From Acidimicrobiales bacterium (GTDB taxonomy: Bacteria; Actinomycetota; Acidimicrobiia; Acidimicrobiales; RAAP-2), in contig DATHPK010000029.1 in the NCBI GenBank assembly GCA_035483935.1, positions 1 to 54,759 on the forward strand: a stretch of 54,759 bases of DNA, written 5' to 3'. Position 1 is the first letter of the stretch; each line of letters starts with the position of its first letter. This document shows, piece by piece, positions 49,738 to 54,759 of this stretch. The notes beneath the pieces are model-generated. The model searched no databases, was not told the origin of the DNA, and worked only from the letters and a program-made list of their open reading frames with translations. Both the position numbers and the translations under genes were made by a program.

Positions 49738-51375
49738 TCAGCCTCCGACGCTCGATGCGGCCGCCACCTTGTCGAGAGTATTGGCGTCGGGCGCCAGCAG
49801 ATAGCCCTCATGCACCTCGGCCGCGGTGGCCGCATCCCACTTCTTCACGAAGTCCTCGTGCGTCGGGTACAGATGTGCCAACTGCGATGTACTGAACGGG
49901 ACCGTCGTCCCGAAGATGGCGCACAAGACGCCGGCGCCGATTGCAGAGCTGGACGACGTGGTCTGCTGCCCCACCGGCTGGCTCGGCGCCGGGGTGGCTC
50001 CCGGTTGCCCGAGTCCGGAAAGCTTTGAAACTGCAGCCACCACCTGCGGCGTGCGGATGCCGCCGAGGGCGTTGCCGTTGGCGTCGGTCACGAAGCCGGT
50101 CTTGGCCGAGTTCACTTCGAGACGCGGCGACTGGGATGCCGGGATGCCGGTGCGCACCCAATGGTCGAGCGCGGCCACGGCGGCCCGCAGTTCGTAGGTA
50201 TGGGAACCCGCATTGATCGGCGCGTCGCAGTCGACGATGCCGGGGATCGGGTCCTTGGGCGGGTTCAGCATGGACGCGAAGGCCTCGGTATCGGCTTGCC
50301 CGGTCATGCTGTCCGATCGGGAATACAGCAGCCCGTAGGTGTCATCGTGTGCGGTACCGGCGGTCTCCCACTCGCGGATGTACTGCGTCGGTGGCTGCCG
50401 AGCTTCGACATAGCCCAGGAGCAGCAGGTCAGCCTCGGTCTCGAAGAGCAGGACGGGGACGTGGAGGTCCGTACGGATGTACGTGGGGTTCGGCGTCGCG
50501 ATGGTGGGCTGCGGCGACTGTGACAGGTCGGCGCCGTCGTTCCCGCGGCTGTAAACGAGGTACCCGTCGTACACACCTGGTGACAGAGGCTGGATCGCGT
50601 CGAGGTAGGTGGTGAGATAGAAGGCCGACTGCGACTCTCCGATCGCCAGCACCCGCTTGGGCACCAGGCCGCCGAGGAGCTTGGCTGACGACGTATGCAC
50701 CGCCTCACCCGCCTGCTCGAAGATGCTGTACGAGTAGCTGTCGCCGGGGTGGTTCAGCGCGGCATAGCGGGTGGGATCGGTCTGCTTGATGCCGCCCGCC
50801 CCGTCCGCGGTAGCGACCGAACCCGGCACGCCGTAGATCCCTCCGGCCTGCGCGTCCACGCCGATATAGGCCATACCGGCGCGCACCTCTTCCGGATGGC
50901 CGGTCAACCAGGCGGCCGCGGCGTCCACGCCGCCGGTGACGTTGAGCCATTCCACGTCGACCGTCCCGTCGAACTTCTTCGCGTCGATCGGCCGATAGAC
51001 GACGACACGGGTGGTGTAAGGCTCCGTACTGGTCGCCGTGACGTGCCACTTGCCATCCTTGGTCAGCGAGTTCTTGCTGGTGTACGCGGTTGCGGTACCC
51101 GACAAGAAGTACTCGGACTCCTCGTAGCCGACCGATGACAGGGAGAACAGCGTCGAGCCCAGGAAGGAGATGCCACTCGTCGGCAGGATGGGACCTTGGA
51201 CCGTGGGCGACGGGACGGAGGCATTCCCGGTAGACGCCACCATCGCGCTCGCCGATGCGGCCGGTACGACGGCGACAGCAAGGCTGCCGATGGAGGCTGC
51301 CAGGACCGCCAACGCGATGATCGCCCCGTGCAGTTGGACCGTGTGGGTCCGCTGCTGTGACGGTTCGTTCGACAC
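49738..51375 (-). CDS. Secreted alpha/beta-hydrolase-domain protein (uncharacterised family)
   Basis: In frame with track ORF 49738..52134, whose first 250 codons are a shadow of the + strand hydratase gene. GTG 51375 is preceded by GAAAGGAGGG. Signal peptide ...AIIALAVLAASIGSLAVAVVPAASASA. VLAIGESQSAFYL looks like a G-x-S-x-S/G nucleophile elbow. Confidence 0.75.
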   Translation of the reverse strand: MSNEPSQQRTHTVQLHGAIIALAVLAASIGSLAVAVVPAASASAMVASTGNASVPSPTVQGPILPTSGISFLGSTLFSLSSVGYEESEYFLSGTATAYTSKNSLTKDGKWHVTATSTEPYTTRVVVYRPIDAKKFDGTVDVEWLNVTGGVDAAAAWLTGHPEEVRAGMAYIGVDAQAGGIYGVPGSVATADGAGGIKQTDPTRYAALNHPGDSYSYSIFEQAGEAVHTSSAKLLGGLVPKRVLAIGESQSAFYLTTYLDAIQPLSPGVYDGYLVYSRGNDGADLSQSPQPTIATPNPTYIRTDLHVPVLLFETEADLLLLGYVEARQPPTQYIREWETAGTAHDDTYGLLYSRSDSMTGQADTEAFASMLNPPKDPIPGIVDCDAPINAGSHTYELRAAVAALDHWVRTGIPASQSPRLEVNSAKTGFVTDANGNALGGIRTPQVVAAVSKLSGLGQPGATPAPSQPVGQQTTSSSSAIGAGVLCAIFGTTVPFSTSQLAHLYPTHEDFVKKWDAATAAEVHEGYLLAPDANTLDKVAAASSVGG

Positions 51376-51504
51376 CAATCCCTCCTTTCCGGCGCTCCTG
51401 TGCCGGTGCATCGCCGGGTGACAGTAGCCGCCGCACCTGCGGACGGGAGGGGTCGGCCCCGAAGGTATTGTCCGGGCGCAAGCCAACGGGAGAGGGGAAG
51501 ACAC

Positions 51505-52293
51505 ATGGCCAACGAACTGGGGGCGGCTGGGCTGCGCTTCGAGCGAGAGGGCCCTATCGCCTGGTGCACCATCGACCGACCTGAAGCCCGCAACGCGCTG
51601 ACCCCGGCCATGTACTTCGGTATCAAGCGGGCGGTTCATCTCGTGAACCACGATCCCGATCTCGCCGCACTGATCATCACCGGCACGGGGGACGTGTTCG
51701 CTCCCGGTGGCGACCTGGGAGGCCGTCAACATCCCGACGACGAGCAGCCGCCGGACATCGAGCAGGACATCCTGCCGTTCTTGACCATCCGCGACAGCCG
51801 GGCGCCGGTCGTGGCGGCCGTGAACGGGATCTGTCAGGCCGGAGGCCTGTTGATCGCCATGCTCTCCGACATCTGCGTGGCGAGCGATCGCGCGACCTTC
51901 CGTGTGCCCGAGCTGCTGCGCGGCATCCCTGACGCGACCTACGCAGCGGTGTTGCCTGCCCACGTGGGCATCGCAGTCGCCCGGGATCTCCTGCTGTCGG
52001 GCCGTAGTTTCACCGCCGCCGGCGCGCAGCGCATCGGGTTGATCTCGCGCGTCGCACCACATGCGCAACTGCGGGAGGCGGCTCTCGAAGCAGTGCGTGA
52101 GATCCTGCAGACACCCCCGATGGCGCGCATGCACGTCAAGCGCATGCTCAACGAGCGTTATGGGACCATCGACTACCAGACCATGTTCTGGGCGCTGGCG
52201 GAATCAGACGAACCGCGCGAAGGCATGGCCGCGTTCATGGAGAAGCGGCTGCCGGCCTGGGTTCCTGAGGGTCTGGACGAACCCAAGAGCTGA
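51505..52293 (+). CDS. Enoyl-CoA hydratase/isomerase (crotonase) family protein
   Basis: In frame with track ORF 51400..52293; ATG 51505. TIDRPEARNALT, IITGTGDVFAPGGDLG, EGMAAFMEKR. Confidence 0.9.
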   Translation: MANELGAAGLRFEREGPIAWCTIDRPEARNALTPAMYFGIKRAVHLVNHDPDLAALIITGTGDVFAPGGDLGGRQHPDDEQPPDIEQDILPFLTIRDSRAPVVAAVNGICQAGGLLIAMLSDICVASDRATFRVPELLRGIPDATYAAVLPAHVGIAVARDLLLSGRSFTAAGAQRIGLISRVAPHAQLREAALEAVREILQTPPMARMHVKRMLNERYGTIDYQTMFWALAESDEPREGMAAFMEKRLPAWVPEGLDEPKS

Positions 52294-52354
52294 GCAGTTG
52301 GGGCGGCCGCCGCGACCAGGTCCGGCGGAACGACGCGGCCGTCCGGACAAGGGA

Positions 52355-53014
52355 TCAGCGCCGGACGGCGCGCAAGCAGAAGTCCACGACGCGATCGGTC
52401 TCGCTTCGGCTCGTTGCTGTGCCCCGCCACAGGCAGTCCGACAGCCAGCCGAGCGTCGCGTGCGCGGCGAGTGCCGCATCGAGCTCCGGCGCGTCGCTGC
52501 CGAGCTCGGAGAAGGGCTCGCGCAGCAAGGAGGCCAGGGGGGCGCTGGCGAAGTGGCGACCCGCAGCCTGGCCGCCGTCGGCGCTGCTCCCGTTCCAGAG
52601 CACCGCCAGCGTGACGGCCGCGACGTCCCCGTCGGCCTGACTGAGGACACCCTCGACCCAGCGGCGCACCCGCGCCTCCGGGGTGCGCGCCTTGGCCATC
52701 TGGTGCGCCAGGTACCCCCGCAGGCGTTCGGCACCGTCCTCGAGCAACGCGTTGACGAGATCGTCCTTCGAGCGAAAGTGCCGGTAAAAGGCGTCGTTGG
52801 ACAGCCCGGCGGCGGCGACGATGTCTGCGACGCGTGGGCGCGACGAGGTGCCGCAGTCGTGCATGACCTCGAGCGCCGCATCGAGCAGGCGTCGGACTTC
52901 GCCCGCGTACTCTCCCTCCCGCTTGGCCAGGGAGCGGCGCACGATGCGGCCCGCGACGCCCTCTTCGGGCGCGGATTCCGTTTCCGGTATTGCGTTCTTG
53001 ATAGCCAGAATCAT
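52355..53014 (-). CDS. TetR/AcrR family transcriptional regulator
   Basis: Track ORF 52355..53014 (-), 219 aa. HTH RVADIVAAAGLSNDAFYRHFRSKDDLV. Confidence 0.9.
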   Translation of the reverse strand: MILAIKNAIPETESAPEEGVAGRIVRRSLAKREGEYAGEVRRLLDAALEVMHDCGTSSRPRVADIVAAAGLSNDAFYRHFRSKDDLVNALLEDGAERLRGYLAHQMAKARTPEARVRRWVEGVLSQADGDVAAVTLAVLWNGSSADGGQAAGRHFASAPLASLLREPFSELGSDAPELDAALAAHATLGWLSDCLWRGTATSRSETDRVVDFCLRAVRR

Positions 53015-53022
53015 ATTCTGGC
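53004..53022. promoter_or_regulatory. Perfect inverted repeat GCCAGAAT-CAT-ATTCTGGC, putative TetR operator
   Basis: Read directly at 53004-53022. The 3-nt centre CAT is the complement of the TetR start codon (ATG 53014-53012). The site lies 22 nt upstream of the divergent ACAD ATG (53044). Confidence 0.6.
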
Positions 53023-53043
53023 ACCGAACCGAGGGAGGGCGCC

Positions 53044-54345
53044 ATGGCCTGGGACTTCGAAACCGATCCTGAGTACCAGAAGAAATTGGACTGGGTCGAC
53101 CAGTTCGTCCGGGAGGAGATCGAGCCGCTCGACCTGGCCTTCCCGCATCTGCAATTCACGCCGCTCGAAGGAAAGCGACGCGAAGCGATCGACCCCTTGA
53201 AGGAGGAGGTCCGCCGGCAGGGCTTGTGGGCCACGCATCTCGGGCCCGAACTCGGTGGCCAGGGTTTCGGCCAGCTGAAGCTCGCACTGTTGAACGAGAT
53301 CCTCGGTCGCTCGCAATGGGCCTCGGTCGTGTTCGGGTGCCAGGCCCCCGACACCGGCAACGCCGAGATCATCGCCCACTACGGCACCGACGAACAGAAG
53401 AAGAAGTACCTGCAGCCCTTGCTCGACGGCGAGTGCTTCTCGAGCTATTCGATGACCGAGCCGCATGCCGGCGCCGACCCGACGCTGTTCAAGACGCAGG
53501 CGGTCAAGGACGGCGACGAGTGGGTCATCAACGGCTGGAAGTACTTCTCGTCCAACGCCAAGACGGCGTCGTTCCTCATCGTGATGGTGGTGACGAACCC
53601 CGAGGTGAGCGCGTACCAGGGCATGTCGATGTTCCTCGTGCCGACGGACACGCCGGGTGTCAACATCGTGCGCAACGTCGGCCTCTACGGCGAGCCGGTC
53701 AACGAGGGCTCCCATGCCTTGATCCATTACGAGGACGTGCGGGTTCCCGCAGACGCCCTGCTGGGCGGCGAGGGGCAGGCCTTTGCGATCGCGCAGACCC
53801 GGCTCGGGGGCGGCCGCATCCATCACGCCATGCGGACGATCGGCATGGCACAGAAGGCAATCGACATGATGTGCGAGCGGGCGCTGAGCCGCGAGACGCA
53901 GGGCAGCATCCTGGCCGACAAGCAGTTCGTGCAGGGCTACATCGCCGACTCGTACGCTCAGCTGGTGCAGTTCCGACTGTTCGTGCTCTACACCGCGTGG
54001 GAGATCGACAAGTACAACGACTACAAGCGTGTGCGCAAGGACATCGCCACGGCCAAGGTCGTCATGCCGACCGTGCTACACGACATCGCGTGGAGGGCCA
54101 TGCAGGTGCACGGCGCGCTCGGGACGACCAACGAGATGCCGTTCTTCGGCATGATCCACGGCGCCGGCGTGATGGGCCTGGCCGACGGGCCGACCGAGGT
54201 GCACAAGGTCACGGTTGCCCGACAGGTGCTGCGCGACTACAAGGCGAGCGACGACATCTGGCCGACGCAGTGGCTGCCCAAGCGCCAGGAGGCGGCGCGG
54301 GCCAAGTTCGCCGAGTATCTCGAGACGGAGGTTGCAAACCTATGA
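53044..54345 (+). CDS. Acyl-CoA dehydrogenase family protein (FadE2 / ACAD10-11-like clade)
   Basis: Track ORF 53044..54345 (+), 433 aa. CFSSYSMTEPHAGADPT, WVINGWKYFSSNA, GLADGPTEVHKVTVAR are typical of this ACAD clade. GAGGGAGGG lies upstream of the ATG. Confidence 0.9.
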   Translation: MAWDFETDPEYQKKLDWVDQFVREEIEPLDLAFPHLQFTPLEGKRREAIDPLKEEVRRQGLWATHLGPELGGQGFGQLKLALLNEILGRSQWASVVFGCQAPDTGNAEIIAHYGTDEQKKKYLQPLLDGECFSSYSMTEPHAGADPTLFKTQAVKDGDEWVINGWKYFSSNAKTASFLIVMVVTNPEVSAYQGMSMFLVPTDTPGVNIVRNVGLYGEPVNEGSHALIHYEDVRVPADALLGGEGQAFAIAQTRLGGGRIHHAMRTIGMAQKAIDMMCERALSRETQGSILADKQFVQGYIADSYAQLVQFRLFVLYTAWEIDKYNDYKRVRKDIATAKVVMPTVLHDIAWRAMQVHGALGTTNEMPFFGMIHGAGVMGLADGPTEVHKVTVARQVLRDYKASDDIWPTQWLPKRQEAARAKFAEYLETEVANL

Positions 54346-54759
54346 GTGCGACGGAGACTCCGGCCGACGGGGAATGGCCCGTCGGCGACGTGCCGAAGAT
54401 CGCCGACGAGGAGAAGCTGACCGCCTGGCTCGACACCCAGGACCTCGGGGTCGGTGCACGGCTCGAGCACCACTACATCTCGGGGGGCAGCCAGAACGAG
54501 ATCTACGAGCTGCGCCGCGGCAACCTTCACTGCGCCCTGCGCATCCCCCCGCCGAGCGCGCCCGCACCGCGGGACGAGGGCATCGTGCGCGAGTGGCGGA
54601 TCATCGAGGCATTGGGTGGCACGGACGTCCCTCACACCGCCGCCATCGCGGTGTGCACCGACCAGTCGGTGCTGGGGCGCACGTTCTACCTGATGGGCTT
54701 CGTGGACGGTTGGTCGCCGATGTCGACCCGCCGCCAGTGGCCGGCGCCCTTCGACACCG
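54342..54759 (+). CDS. Phosphotransferase (aminoglycoside phosphotransferase/APH fold) family protein, partial (3' end beyond right window edge)
   Basis: Absent from the track (no stop in the window). Manual translation from ATG 54342 (ATGA overlap with the ACAD stop): MSATETPADGEWPVGDVPKIADEEKLTAWLDTQDLGVGARLEHHYISGGSQNEIYELRRGNLHCALRIPPPSAPAPRDEGIVREWRIIEALGGTDVPHTAAIAVCTDQSVLGRTFYLMGFVDGW. The G-G-S-Q-N-E-I-Y and FYLMxFVDG patterns are typical of APH-like kinases paired with ACADs. Confidence 0.8.
   Translation, partial: MSATETPADGEWPVGDVPKIADEEKLTAWLDTQDLGVGARLEHHYISGGSQNEIYELRRGNLHCALRIPPPSAPAPRDEGIVREWRIIEALGGTDVPHTAAIAVCTDQSVLGRTFYLMGFVDGWSPMSTRRQWPAPFDT

Noticed and set aside
49738-52134. 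798-aa version of the secreted hydrolase ORF
   Set aside because: The first ~250 codons are antisense to the well-supported enoyl-CoA hydratase gene (51505..52293) and are Arg/His-rich. A GTG at 51375 with GAAAGGAGGG upstream starts directly at a signal peptide.
19476-54759. Interpreting the island as a cholesterol/steroid catabolic cluster
   Set aside because: It has steroid-like components: paired ACADs, a DUF35 plus thiolase-like protein, P450s and crotonases. However, I see no KshA/KshB, KstD or HsaA-D-type genes and no Mce4 transporter. None of the intergenic palindromes resembles KstR (TnnAACnnGTTnnA) or KstR2 boxes.
1-54759. Mobile elements, CRISPR arrays, tRNA/rRNA genes, prophage or defence-system genes
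   Set aside because: I looked for terminal inverted repeats, transposase or integrase motifs, regularly spaced direct repeats and tRNA-like sequences in all gaps longer than 80 nt and found none. Coding density leaves no room for them.

Overview
High-GC, actinobacterial-type chromosomal segment. Third codon positions are almost uniformly G/C. An LAxTG sorting motif, mycothiol-type DinB/MDMPI proteins and an LLM oxidoreductase all fit Actinomycetota. I annotate about 53 protein genes with very little non-coding DNA and eight 4-nt ATGA/GTGA start-stop overlaps. I see no rRNA, tRNA, CRISPR array, transposase, integrase or phage genes. Content from left to right: (1) 1-4503 is a compact peptide/protein-modification cassette. 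It holds a PqqD-type RRE, an HprK-like kinase and an NTP_transf_5 nucleotidyltransferase, flanked by a PhyH dioxygenase and a GNAT. Its leading gene encodes a Tat-signal, Ser/Thr/Pro-rich, LAFTG-tailed mini-protein, and no lasso cyclase, B2 protease or short precursor is visible. (2) 4.5-11.8 kb holds two DinB-like proteins, an ArsR-SRPBCC pair, a large membrane protein (kinase-like plus flippase-like domains), a cysteine dioxygenase-rhodanese pair and an orphan secreted protein. (3) 12.0-17.0 kb is a five-gene Liv-type ABC importer. (4) 17.1-19.5 kb holds a hydrolase, a fructosamine-kinase-family protein and an LLM oxidoreductase. (5) 19.5-54.8 kb is a large CoA-dependent catabolic island of unknown substrate. 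It contains two P450s, two SDRs, an aldehyde dehydrogenase, three ACAD genes plus an ACAD-phosphotransferase pair, two enoyl-CoA hydratases and a DUF35-thiolase-like fusion. It also contains two TesB-type thioesterases (one fused to a degenerate DUF427), four Amidohydrolase_2 paralogs, esterases, two TetR regulators, a second Liv-type importer with a fused permease, an orphan binding protein and a Leu/Val dehydrogenase. The best candidate for something undescribed is the cassette at 1-4503. Second is a recurrent TTGACG-N4-CGTCAA element that forms back-to-back promoters in the catabolic island. All family calls were made by eye from sequence motifs and none was checked against a database. Many long ORFs in the track are antisense or out-of-frame shadows typical of high-GC DNA and were rejected.
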